Assembly (NCBI RefSeq): GCF_001194135.2
Contig: NC_068988.1
Location: forward strand, 73,048,531 to 73,099,118
Length of the DNA: 50,588 nt
Direction of reading: 5' to 3'
Source of the DNA: Octopus bimaculoides
Taxonomy: Eukaryota
Of this stretch, positions 1-11,709 are shown piece after piece. Both the position numbers and the translations under genes were made by a program. The first letter of the stretch is position 1, and each line of letters starts with the position of its first letter. A model generated the notes under the pieces. It was not told where the DNA came from, made no database searches, and worked only from the letters and a program-made list of their open reading frames with translations.

Positions 1-219
1 CACCATTTCGAGCGTGGCCATTTTCGTGCGGGTGACACATAAAAGCACCCACTACACTCTCTGAGTGGTTGGCGTTAGGAAGGGCATCCAGCTGTAGAAA
101 CTCTGCCAAATTAGATTGGAGCCTGGTGTTGCCATCTGGTTTCACCAGTCCTCAGTCAAATCGTTCAACCCATGCTAGCATGGAAAGCGGACGTTAAACG
201 ATGATGATGATGATGATGA
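1..219 (+). mobile_element. 3' tail of RTE-family LINE (or derived SINE) ending in (GAT)n
   Basis: AAAAGCACCCACTACACTC...AGGAAGGGCATCCAG...GTTAAAC(GAT)n, the same tail that ends the RTE copies at 11237 and 28548; followed by (AT)n. Confidence 0.85.
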
Positions 220-299
220 TATATATATATATATATATATATACATTTTAAATGCATTCACAGATGCAAAAATTGTAAAAATTAGGTCAAGAATAATTA

Positions 300-467
300 A
301 TCAAGGGAATGCTATAAATTTGAAAGAAGGATGGCATTAAATGAACTGGTGAGATCAGGTTATTGAACTAGTTTATGTTGATGACATTGCTATTCTGATG
401 TCATCCAGCAGATTTAATGGAAGCCTCTAAGTAATTACTTGACTGTTAGAAGTAGCAACCAAATTTT
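300..467 (+). pseudogene. Small LINE reverse transcriptase relic (ELVYVDDIAIL)
   Basis: YVDD at 374-385 in a LxYxDDIALL-like context; interrupted by the LTR element at 472. Confidence 0.4.
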
Positions 468-471
468 CCCC

Positions 472-862
472 TGTAGGCACAGTTGCTTCCCCTGACTGCA
501 GCTGCCTAATTAGCTGGCCAATATAGGGCACATGCAACATTAAGGTTCAGACACTCACCTCTTACTCTTTTGCATCAAGACGCCAGACTTTGAAAATGTG
601 ACCTAACTGGCTCTCTTATGACACGTGGTGACTAGCAGTCATGAGGTAACGCACAGAAGAGGATCATGGTCTCCACGCATCAAACTATTTCCATTTATCA
701 TTCAACTTACATATATATTTGAGGCCAACATTAAAGGTATTTAAAGCTACAGCCTTGTTCCATGTATTTCTTTGGACCGTGTTCCTATCAAATGATATTG
801 CAGCCTTCTGAGTAGAGTTATATTTAGATGACTCCACAACCCTGATTCAAGTACCATCTAAA
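472..862 (+). repeat. 5' LTR of element 1
   Basis: 511-862 is directly repeated at 4424-4776 (roughly 85-90% identity by eye); followed by the PBS. Confidence 0.9.
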
Positions 863-1609
863 ATGGTGACCCAACATGTAACACACACCACAATTCCTTC
901 TAAAATGGTGAACCCCTGACGAATTTCTGACCAGTGGATATGTATTCCTTTTTCTCCTCCTCAACTTCATCTATGCAACCAAACCTCCATTCATCATATA
1001 GGAACATACCACTGATGTCTCTCTTGTCGCTATATTGTCTTCTTCACCAAAAAATTTTGGCGCCATTTTCAAGTGGGAAACTGCACATCATTTTTACATC
1101 GTGTTGTAACTGAATTTGCAACTTGGTCCTTTGAAGAGACAGCATCCCAGGAGAATTTTCTACTTGCATGTAAAAAAAAAGAAGAAACTTTTATTCAGAA
1201 TTTTATCCAAAATTCACATGGACAACAATTTTTCCTACATGCCAGGTATGAGTTTCTCTCTCTCTCTCTCAACCCTACACAGATTATCCACGTGTTGGCC
1301 ATTGTTTTGTTCTTCATCTGTGGGCAAGGACTTGTTCTATTTCATTCCCAGTTCGCTGCTCGTCATGTCTTCTTTCAACTAGGGTGTTTGACTACTATTT
1401 CTAATGGCGTTTTTTTCAATCAGCTTATTCTTCGTGGCATTCCGTTTCTTATTATCGTCCAAGATGATATGCGCTTCTTCATCCACCTCTTGAGCTTGTA
1501 CTTCTTCTGCTCTGGATGACATGCAATCCTCCGAAATCTTGCAGGCCATTGGAGAACTAACCCATCAAGTTGCACGCACATGCAGGGACCATTCTTCTTC
1601 ATGGAACTA

Positions 1610-4183
1610 TTTTCCTGACCGTGCCATTTGTCTCTAGAGAAACTCTGGATTACCCGAGCTGAATTCGAGCACATGCTCCAGTTGGGCCTTATTCACCCCT
1701 CCACAAGCCTGTGGGTAGCACCTTTACACATGGCCAGGAAGAATGAAGGTGATTTTCGACCAGTGGGAGATTTTAGATGTCTTAACACTGTCATTATTGC
1801 AGATCACTATCCCCTACCAAATGTGTAGGATTTTTCATCTGCTCTGCATGGCTGTAAGATTTTTTCTGAAATCAACTTGGTATGTGCATACCACCAAATT
1901 CCTGTCAACCCTGATGACATTCCAAAGAAAGCTGTCACCATGCTTTTTGGAGCGTTTGAATTTTTGTCTATGCCATTTGGTCTTTGCAATGCAGCCAGCA
2001 CATTCCAAAGGTTCATTGATGAGGTCATTCGTGGGTTAGATTTTGCCTTGGCATACGTCGATGACCTTCCAATCACCAGTTAGTACTCCAGACCAACACT
2101 TCATAGAACTGTTCAAACCACTACATTCCTATGATGTGAAGATCAATCTGGCTAAGTGAGTATTCAGCTTTACCAGCTTGGAGTTCCTAAGGCATCTTAT
2201 TGACGCTGACGGTATTCATCCACCTCCCTCTAAAGTGGAAGCCATCAAATGCTTGTCGCCTCCTGTTTCTTTAAAATAGCTCAGAAATTTTATTGGTTTA
2301 ATTAATTATTATCATCATTTCATTCCTAACTGTGTGGAGAAGTTGCTTCCCTTGACTCAGCTCTTGAAAGATCAATGGAAAAAAGACTCCCCAATAACAC
2401 TGTCTCCTACAGCCATCCAAGCTTTTGAATCTGTCAAAGCTGACCTTTCTCAAGCATTCTTCCTTGCTCATCCTATTGTGGATGCAAAATTGACACTCAC
2501 TGACGACACATCATCTGCTATTGCCTCAGTTTTAGAGCAATCTGTCAACAGTCGAAGCCAGCCATTGGCCTTCTTTTCTTGCCAGTCGAAGGATGCCAAA
2601 TTGAGATACAGTGTATTTGGTAAAGAGCTCTTAGCAATTTACCTGGTGGTGAAGCATTTCTCTCATCTTCTTGAAGGAAGAGATTTCATGATTTTCACCA
2701 ACCACAAAATGCTAATATTCACTCGCCAGAGAAACAAGGCATTTGGACTACATATCACAGTTCACTAGTGACATTCGCCACATCACTGGCACTGACAACA
2801 TCCCCACTGACGCCTTATCTTGCCTGCTTGTCGGTGCATTGTCATCTGCTTTGATTGATTTGGTTACTATGGCTACTGACCAACCCTCCTTGGACTCTCT
2901 GGACGTCTCTTCACCACAATTTTCCTGATGCAAGTTCAAACACGTGCCTCTGCCTTTTTCTGAAGGAACTATTCTCTGCGATGTTTCTACTGGTTCTCCC
3001 TAACCCCTCATTTCTGAACATCACTATCATGCTGTTTTTGAGGCACTGCATTCACTGTCACACCCTGGCATTGCGGCCACAGTAAAGCTTATCTCGGCCT
3101 GTTTTTTTCTGGCCGAATATGTGTTGGTCTATTACTGCTTGGTCACCTGCCTGTCTACCATGTCAGCGTTTCAAGGTGCATCGTCACGTGAGTGCACCTC
3201 TTGGGCACTTCCAGCCACCGGACACCAGGTTCCATCACATACACATCGGCCTGGTTGGTCCTTGGCTGGTCAGTTGCGGATTTACTTATATATTGACCTG
3301 CATCGACCATGTCTCCAGATGTCCTGTAGCCATTCCTCTTTTGGTCATTTCCATGGAAACAGTCACCAGTGCACTCATCTCCAGGTGGATATCTCACTTC
3401 GGAGTACCCTCTAGAATTACTACTGATTGTGGACGCCAATTTGAAGCTTGTCTGTTCTGTGAGCTTTCAAGATTGCTCGGAGTTCAGCACATCCACACAA
3501 CAAGTTACCATCCCACTGCAAACAGTATGGTGGAACGATTTCACTGCCAGCTTGAAGCCGCTATTCGCGCAGCTCCTGATCCTTATCATTGGTCTGAGTT
3601 TCTCCCCATTGTTTTGTTGGTGTGCCACTCAGCTGTCAAGGAGGATTTACGATACTCCTCCGCTGAGCTCCTGTATGGCACCACCTTAGCACTTCCTGGA
3701 CAAATGTTGGTGACCATCGACTTACCAAATGCGGACCCCACATCTTACATCACGCGACTCAGGTCATTCTTTGCTGACCTGCTACCAATGCTTCCTCGCA
3801 ACCAGTCTATTTCTTCTACAGTACCTCTGGATATTTCTACTTGGACTCACGTGTTTGTAAGAAATAATGCCATCAAGGGACCGCACATACCTCCCTACAC
3901 TGGACCCTATTGTGTTCTTAGAAGCACACCAAAACTGTTCACTTTGGACATTCATGGAAAAAAAGAGGCTGTCTCTATCGACAGAGTAAAAAAAAAGCCT
4001 TTTCTGAAACATTCATGCCACTTGCTGACACACCTATCATTCCACAAACACTGCCACCCCCACCCACACAAGCACCATCTCCACTCACCAACTACACAAA
4101 TGCATTCTTCACCTTACAGGACACGTTCTGGCAGATTGGTTCATTGGCTAAAGAAACTGTCTCAGACTATTTACATTTCTTAA
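1610..4183 (+). pseudogene. Gypsy pol pseudogene (RT - RNase H - integrase with GPY/F motif)
   Basis: AEFEHMLQLG..PS.S.W..PLHM, DFR.LN, AYHQIPV, MPFGLCNAASTFQRFID, YVDD, KELLAIY, FT.HK.L. Integrase HIGLVGP / TTDCGRQFE / NSMVERFH / PPYTGPY. Stops and frameshifts throughout RT and RNase H; the first integrase Asp is changed to Gly. Confidence 0.92.
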
Positions 4184-4423
4184 CTTTTCCTTGCCAGTGA
4201 CTGTTCCAGAGAATAGATTTATGTTGTTATAGACACCACATCCATATTTCCTCTCTCTCTGCATCATTGTCCAAATATACTTTGTTCTATTTGATTGGAC
4301 ACCTTTCTTTGCTGAACATTTTTCCTTGTATATACTCGCATTGTATTTTTTCATACAATTGTTTTGCCATGTTTCATTCTTCTGTGCCCTCCTAGCGCAC
4401 ACGTACTTCGCCTACATTACTTA

Positions 4424-4776
4424 TAGCTGGCCAATAGAGGGCACACACAACATTAAGGTTCAGACACTCACCTCTTCCTCTTTTGCATCGAGACACCAGA
4501 CTGTGAAGACGTGTCCTAACTGGCTCTCTTATGACACGTGGTGACTAGCGTCATGAGGTAATGCACAGATGAGGATCATGGCCTCCACACATCAAACTAT
4601 TTCCATTTATCATTCAGCTAATATATATATATATTAGGCCAATATTAAAAGTATTTTAAACTACAGCCTTGTTCCATGTGTTTCTTTGTACCGTGTTCCT
4701 ATCAAATGATATTACAGCCTTCAGAGTAGAGTCATCTAAATATGACTCTACAACCCTGATTCAAATGCCATCTAAA
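4424..4776 (+). repeat. 3' LTR of element 1, lacking the first ~39 bp and the PPT
   Basis: Homology to the 5' LTR starts at TAGCTGGCCAATA and ends CATCTAAA before the TSD CCCC. Confidence 0.88.
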
Positions 4777-7775
4777 CCCCAAATCATACCCTACCATTTA
4801 GAAAAGGATTTTTAAGACTACATTGGTTGTACTACTAAATAAGAACACCACCACCATCACCACCAAAAACAAAAAAAAAATATGAATAAAGGTGGAGTAT
4901 CATTGTTGGAATGTTTTCCTTCAATCAGAGCTAACATATGGCTAAAGAACAAGTGAACATGGCATTAAATATTGGCATCACCATAAATTGAGCAAAGATT
5001 CAATTAATCCAAGTTATTATGAAGATGGAAACCACTTTTGTTATTGTTTGAAAATCAAAGAATTTTGCAAGAAGTAAATGTACAAAGACCACTGTAGTGT
5101 TCAGTACAATGTTATTGCTTTTCAATGCATCAATGCTTTTATTTACTGAAAAGGTTTGCAAGCTTTTTATTTTAGAGCACTGTGTTTATTTTACAGCAGT
5201 GAAACTTAGAAATGATTAAAGAAACTACATAGAAAAATCTATGATATTGAAGTGTTGTGAGCAGCAAAAATCTGTGAATCCTGTATTACTAGAAGAATGT
5301 AAAGATGGTTAGATTATGTGTTACTAATTAATAAAAAAATTTGCTTCTAACTAATCATAAAATTGGGTAGTTGATGGTAAAAGGTGATTTGTATGGTTAG
5401 ATGTAGTTAAGGCAAACTGCATAACAGCAACATTCAATTGTTTTTCACTTCAAAATTTGCCCTTGATTGAGTAGAGGTATAATGAAAAGCATTCTAATAA
5501 TGACCATCATTCTGACTTTTTTTTTACTGAGTGTATACCAGGTTACATGGTCCAATCTCTCCCTTTTAAGATGTGAGGGTGGGACTTGAGGAAGATCTTT
5601 TATTCTCAGCTTTGTAGATATATCTTGGCTGACCATTGAGAATATGTAAATGAGAGAAATTAATGCTGAAAATTGCCTAAATATTGGTGCTGTAGAAAAA
5701 AAGCTATGGAGCAAAAGGGGGTTGAATCAGAAAAGATATAAGGCCTAAATTTGTATTTAAGCTCTCAGATCATTACATCTCAATCATTTTATAAAAACAA
5801 CTAATATAATTAAGTTTCCTTGAATGATCTAAATGAGAGGAATGTAATACTGGGATCTATATCAAAATTGATACAAATAAGAAAAAACTTTGGAGGCAAA
5901 ATGGATGAGATTTGATGGTGATCATTGGGGTGCAAAACTATAGTTTTATACTCTACATCTGCCACAAATTGTTTTTCACCTTTTTGTGTTCCATGTAGAA
6001 TAATATGAAAGTTATAATTTTGAAAATAAAATTATCTTCAAACTTTTAAAATCCCCCACTTCCTCCAGTTTTTGGTATCCTCACCACCCTTCCATGCAAA
6101 GATTCCATATGTTTATAAATTTCCCCACTCATTTCCTCATGCATGGATGCTAGTTAAACTAGCTGATGAAATGGGATGAGAAGGCTTCAATGTGGTCACT
6201 CAGCATAACAGAAATAACAGCCTAGACTCTAAAAAAATTTTTTTACAAAAATTTCACATTTTTATACCATCCTGTTCTTGGCTTTTAGAATAGTTGATCT
6301 ATTAAAAGCAAAATATTTATCATTAAATGATAATAGATTAATAGATTCATGGAACTTTTCAATTTTAGCAAAGCTGATGAATATTGTTTAAAAATTTCCA
6401 GTGGAAGGTTTTAATTCTTTAACAACCACCTTTGTTAGTTTTTTTACCTAATTCATTTACAGTGTGAATTAAATGTTATCTATGATATAATTAAAGAAAG
6501 TTGCTTATTAATTAGTTATCAATATGTAGCTTTTACTAAAAGAAAGTGATTTATTGAAGTTCACACAGTCTAGAAAATTCTTAAAATTTCTAATTTTAAT
6601 ATATTTTTAACAAAAATTTTTTTTTAAATATATTTTTAACAAAATAATTCCGAGATTCTTTTAATATTGAAGATTTCAATGATAGAAATGTAATTTTAAT
6701 TCACTGCAAAATAGCGTTTTCAACACTGTGAGATAGCATTCTCCTTTTGTTTTCTCCCTCTCTCTCTCTCCTTTACTCTATGACGTTACTTTTTGAAGAT
6801 AGATCAGTAGAAATTATTTCTCCAAATTATAAGTTTAATTCAGCATCAGCCAGCTAATGTTGATTCCAGTATCCTTTCATATTTGTTGAATGTTGTTGAA
6901 GAAATAGAAGGCTTCAGATAGTTAATTCTTTGCCAAGACACCTGTTCATGCTATCATAGTTCATATGATGAATGGAAATTCCCATCTCTGTATATCTGTA
7001 ATTGTGTGTTTATATAAGTTATTGATATATAGAGGAATATATTTGGATTGCTGAAATCTACAAGTTTTTTCATTCTCTCTCTATTTTCTCTTATTCCTTT
7101 CTGTTGAAGAGCGTAGGTTCAGAACATAAAAGACTTTTTCATTTTTCCCAAGCGTCAAACTAATACACTTGCTTGTGTTCATATACCAGTCGTCATCGTT
7201 TGTTTTTTCTATAAATTTCAACTATTCCACATACACATAATTTTTCACGTCTGGCCGTATAGCCTTTTCCGTTTGTTTTCCTGTCTTGTTTTTCTGTTTT
7301 GTTTTCTGTCCGCCACTACATTCCTCCATGGTACAGTTTAATCTGTGTATACAAATTTAATTTGTGATCCATGGGAAGAGCCATTTTAACGATGCGTCCT
7401 GCCCTACTCTTCGAAATGCCTGTGTTAGAATGGGGGTAGCTGATGAAGGAAAATGTTCTCTATGTGGCCTCTGTGTGTTCTGTACTCTGGTTATTATTAT
7501 TTTTTTGTCTACGTTTTGTTTGCAATGTCCTGTACCCAGATATGCACCTATATATACAGGTAGACGTAGGTATGCACATNNNNNNNNNNNNNNNNNNNNN
7601 NNNNNNNNNNNNNNNNNNNNNNNNNNNNNNNCTGTATAATAATATATCATCATAATATATATTCTCCAATTTGAAGTGACAATTTTTAAATACAAACAAA
7701 TGACCGAAAAATAATGAGATGACCCCACAGTAGCTTTCTCTCCGTAACTTACAAACCCTTTCTTGTTTGTTTATA

Positions 7776-7777
<2 letters not shown>

Positions 7778-7811
<34 letters not shown>

Positions 7812-7878
7812 TATATATATATATACATACACACACATATATATATATATACACACATATACGTATACACACACACAC
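7778..7878. repeat. Compound (TA)n/(CA)n microsatellite; others at 220-243, 11198-11262, 13555-13596, 39888-39922, 40454-40483 and 45483-45533
   Basis: Directly visible dinucleotide and trinucleotide runs. Confidence 0.95.
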
Positions 7879-10800
7879 ATAAACTCTTCTGGGAAGGTAA
7901 TAGTGATAGAGTAGGGGGCGTGGGCATACTTCTTGCAGAGAAATGGGTGGATAAAGTCATAGAGGTAGTGAGGGTGTGTGATAGAGTACTTAAACTCAGG
8001 CTAGTCTTGCAGAATGGTATAGCTACAATTATCTCTGCCTACACACCCCAAGCGGGTCTACTAAATGAACAGAAGGATCACTTTTATGATATTCTTCTGC
8101 AGACTACCTCAAAGATGAGTGACAATGGTCTCATCTTTGTGGCTGGAGATTTTAATGGACATGTCGGATAGCAACCTGGTATCTTCCATGGTGTACATGG
8201 GAGCCATGGAGTTGGTACCAGAAATGAAGAGGGAACTAGGCTCCTAGAGTTCTGTGATGCAAATAACCTATTGATCTGCAACACCAACTTCCGGAAGCCA
8301 GCTAGCCACCTGATAACCTNNNNNNNNNNGATCTGCAACACCAACTTCCGGAAGCCAGCTAGCCACCTGATAACCTATCAATTAGGTGACTCTGTGAGCC
8401 AGATTGATTTCATTTTCACAAGACAGCAGGATGCATGGTTGCTCTTAAATACAAAGACCCTCCCTGGTGAAATATGTATCCCCCAACATAGACTAATTAT
8501 CAGTGACTTTAGACTTGAGGCCAGAAGGATGCCAAAAAGCAGACCAATCTGGAAAAGAAGGACTTGGAAGTTTCAGAACCCTTCACATGGTCAGAGATTT
8601 TAGGGATATCCTTACTGAGAAATTTGATGATAGGGAGGAGGAGCTATAGCCCTGTGACATAGAAGGCAACTGGGAATTCCTGCGAGATAGCTTGCTGGGT
8701 GCCACAGACCAAATCTGTGGCTAATGCAAAGTCCCTTCCAGACCAAGGGTAACATGGTGGTGGAACAATACTGCAGACAGAGCCATTAGAGCAAAGAAAC
8801 AGGTCTGGAAGAGTGGTGGCAGCAGGAGAATCTATCAGATAGCCAAAAGAGAAGCTAAGAGACAGGTATATATAGCCAAGTGAGTAGCAGAAAAGAAGTT
8901 TGCCAATGTTCAGCGATGTGAGGACCAAAGAACCGAAATATTTCGGGTTGCAAGACAGTGTATGAGAAAAAGCTGTGATGTCATAGGAGAGAAATGTGTC
9001 CGCATGGATGATGGTGACCTTGCGTTTAATGAGTCTGCAAAGAAAGAGGCTTGGAGATGCCATTATGAAAGATTGCTGAATGTGGAGATTGAATGGGAGG
9101 AGGAGAGTCTGCCAAAGGTTGACCCAATTGAGTCTGCCAAAGCTACCCGAATTGACAGTACCCTGGTAGATAAAGCAATTAAGGATATGAAGACAGGGAA
9201 AGCACCTTGCCCATCAGGAATCACCATTGAGATGTCTAAGATATCAGGCGCTGTGCGTTATGGTCTTGTCACCTGCATCGTAAATCAGATAGTTTATGAA
9301 GGAGTCATACCTAATGACTGGTGTAGCAGCACCATAGTCAACTGTTACAAAAGTAAAGGTGATGCTTTAGATAGAAATAACTACAGGGGTATCAAATTAT
9401 TGGATCAGGTGATGAAAGTTACAAAGAGGGTCAGAGCCCAACAAATTAGGGAGAGAGTTTGCCTAGATGAGATGCCAGGCAGAAGCACCACTGATGCTAT
9501 ATTTCTAGTAAGGCAACTGCAGGAGAAATATCTAGCCAAAGATAAACATCTGTACTTGGCTTTTGTTGACTTGGAGAAAGCTTTGATAGGGTCCCCCGAT
9601 CCCTTATCTGGTGGTCAATGTGGGAACTGGGGATAGACAAGTGGTTGGTAAGAGCTGTACAAGCCCTGTACAGTTACTGCCAGAACTAGAAACAAACTTT
9701 AGGGTGTGGAAGCAAGGTCTAAAATCAAAGGGCCTTAGGATCAACCTACCAAAAACTGAAGTCTTAGTAAGTAGGATGGCTAACAAATCACAACCCCACA
9801 GGTAGATGGCCCTGCTCAGTCTGTAGAAAAGGCGTGGGTAGAAACTCCATGTGATGTACCCAGTGTAAGCTATGGACACATAAAAGGTGCAGCAATATCA
9901 AAGGAAGGTTAACTGGGAAGATAGTTTTTGTGTGTGGCAGGTGCACAGGGGCAATAAACACTGAAGATGTAGAGAAAACAGATTCCATCACATGCCAGGG
10001 AGAAAAACAAGAAGTAGTTAATAGCTTCTGCTACCTAGGCAACCAAGTCTGTAGTAGGGGTGATTGCTCTGAGAGTGTAGCCTGGGCAAAGTTCAGGGAG
10101 CTCCTACCTCTGCTGGCAACTAAGAGCCTCTCACTCAGGATGAAAAGAAGACTGGTATGATGCATGTGTGCGAACTGCCATGCTACACGGCAGTGAAACA
10201 TGGGTCATGACTTCTGAGGACATGCATAGGCTTGAAAGAAATGAAGCTAGTATGATCTGCTGGACGTGTAATGTCAGTGTGTATACACAACAGAGTGTAA
10301 GCATCCTGAGAGAAAAGTTGGGCATAAGAAACATCAAAGGTGGTGTGCAAGAGAGATGACTGTGCTGGTATGGTCATGTATTACATATGAATGAGGACAG
10401 CTGTGTGAGGAAGTACCACTCCCTAACTGTGGAAGGAACCTGTGGAAGAGGTAGACCCAGGAAGAAATGGGATGAGGTGGTGAAGTATGACCTTCGAACA
10501 TTGGGCCTCACAGAGGCAATGACAGGAGACTGAGACCTTTGGAGATATACTGTGATTGAGAAGACCTGGCAACTAAAGTGAGATCGCAGCCATGGCCAAT
10601 GCCGGAGTTGCATGTCTGGTCCATTTAAGAGTACCCAGGTGATATGATATGCTTGAGAAGACTTGTTGAGTCAAGTAAAACCAAAATCGTAGCTGTTCCA
10701 GTGGCACATAAAAAGCACCATCCGAACGTGGTCGATGTCAGTACCCACTGACTGGCTCCCATGCCAGTGACATGTAAAAAGCACCATCCAAACGTGATCA

Positions 10801-11197
10801 ATGCCAGGACCACCTGACTGGCCCCTGTGCTGGTGGCATGTAAAAAGCACCATCTGAACATGGCTGATGCAAGTATATCCTGACTGGCTCCCATGCCAGT
10901 GGCACATAAAGAGCACCACCCAAATGTGGCCGATGACAGTACCCCCTCACTGGCTCCTGTGCAGATGGCATGTAAAATGCACCATCCGAATGTGATCAAT
11001 GCCAGGCCTGCCTGACTGGCTCCTGTGCCAGTGGTACATAAAAAGCACCCACTACACTCTCGGTGTCATTGGCATTAGGAAGGGCATCCAGTTTTAGAAA
11101 CATTGCCAGATCAGAATGGATCCTGATGCAGCCGCTGGCTCTCCAGACCTCAGTCAAACCATCCAACTCCTGCCAGCATGGAAAATGGATGTTAAAC

Positions 11198-11237
<40 letters not shown>
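7879..11237 (+). mobile_element. RTE-clade LINE, 5'-truncated and defective (APE, RT, embedded PHD finger, C-terminus, VNTR 3' UTR, (GAT)n tail)
   Basis: APE motifs GVGILL, ISAY.PQ.G and GDFNGHVG. RT motifs GKAP.PSGI, NYRGIKLL, PGRSTTDAIF.VRQLQEKY and AFVDLEKA. C-terminal AWAKFREL.P and AMLHGSETW. Internal deletions (one removes YADD) and stops. Confidence 0.93.
10691..11050 (+). repeat. 66-bp minisatellite (about 5.5 units) in the RTE 3' UTR
   Basis: GCACC anchor at 10715, 10781, 10847, 10913, 10979 and 11045, an exact 66-bp period. Confidence 0.92.
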
Positions 11238-11239
<2 letters not shown>

Positions 11240-11709
11240 ATATATATATATATATATGTATATTGACAGAAAAGTAATGCAGAGCAAATAAGTTCTACAT
11301 ATCACATGTGTTTGAACTTACAGTAAATTTTTCAGTATGATTTCTTCCCACTACATACAACCAACATAGTGGAATTTACTGATATGTATATCAACAATAA
11401 ACTGAGGACTTTTATTCGGCTAAATTAAATCAACATAATATCTGATTTCTTCATAAATTCTAACACTATCTCAGAGTGCTTACTATAATTTTAAATTTAT
11501 TTATTGAGCGAGTGAGTGCTAAAGAATAGAAAGGAAAATTGTATGTAACATATCAGAAAAATTACACAGATTGGGTATCAAATGTGTAAACATTACTTTG
11601 CAACTGATAGAGAACACCACAGAGAGTATTGTTTCTGTACAGTCAGAATGAAATTGCCTATTCATTAGTTGAAATTATGTAACCTTTTTATGTTTATGGA
11701 ATAAATAAT

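Larger units (their letters stand above)
472..4776 (+). mobile_element. Ty3/Gypsy LTR retrotransposon, CsRn1-like, internally deleted and defective
   Basis: 5' LTR 472-862 (TGTAGGCA...CTAAA), 3' LTR 4424-4776, 4-bp TSD CCCC (468-471 and 4777-4780), tRNA-Trp-type PBS TGGTGACCC at 864-872. RT (YVDD), RNase H and integrase are in Gypsy order; most of gag and the protease are missing. Confidence 0.93.

Noticed and set aside
1073-1519. 148-aa hydrophobic ORF, and the N-terminal 115 aa of ORF 38237-39049
   Set aside because: These are translations of T-rich LTR-element leader sequence; the true gag start is likely MNHITLP at 38701.
3119-4183. 354-aa open integrase ORF as a domesticated gene
   Set aside because: The first catalytic Asp is Gly (HIGLVGP), the HH part of the zinc finger is outside the ORF, and it sits in a decayed element with no sign of selection.
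8275-8377. Identical ~46-bp direct repeat in the RTE endonuclease
   Set aside because: The copies flank a 10-N gap, so this is an unmerged contig overlap artefact.
10625-10999. ORFs with 22-aa repeats (also 28074-28504 and 42645-42874)
   Set aside because: A by-product of the 66-bp minisatellite being a multiple of 3.
10691-11050. CRISPR-like repeat-spacer appearance
   Set aside because: The whole unit is homologous between repeats, there are no unique spacers, the context is eukaryotic, and there are no cas genes.
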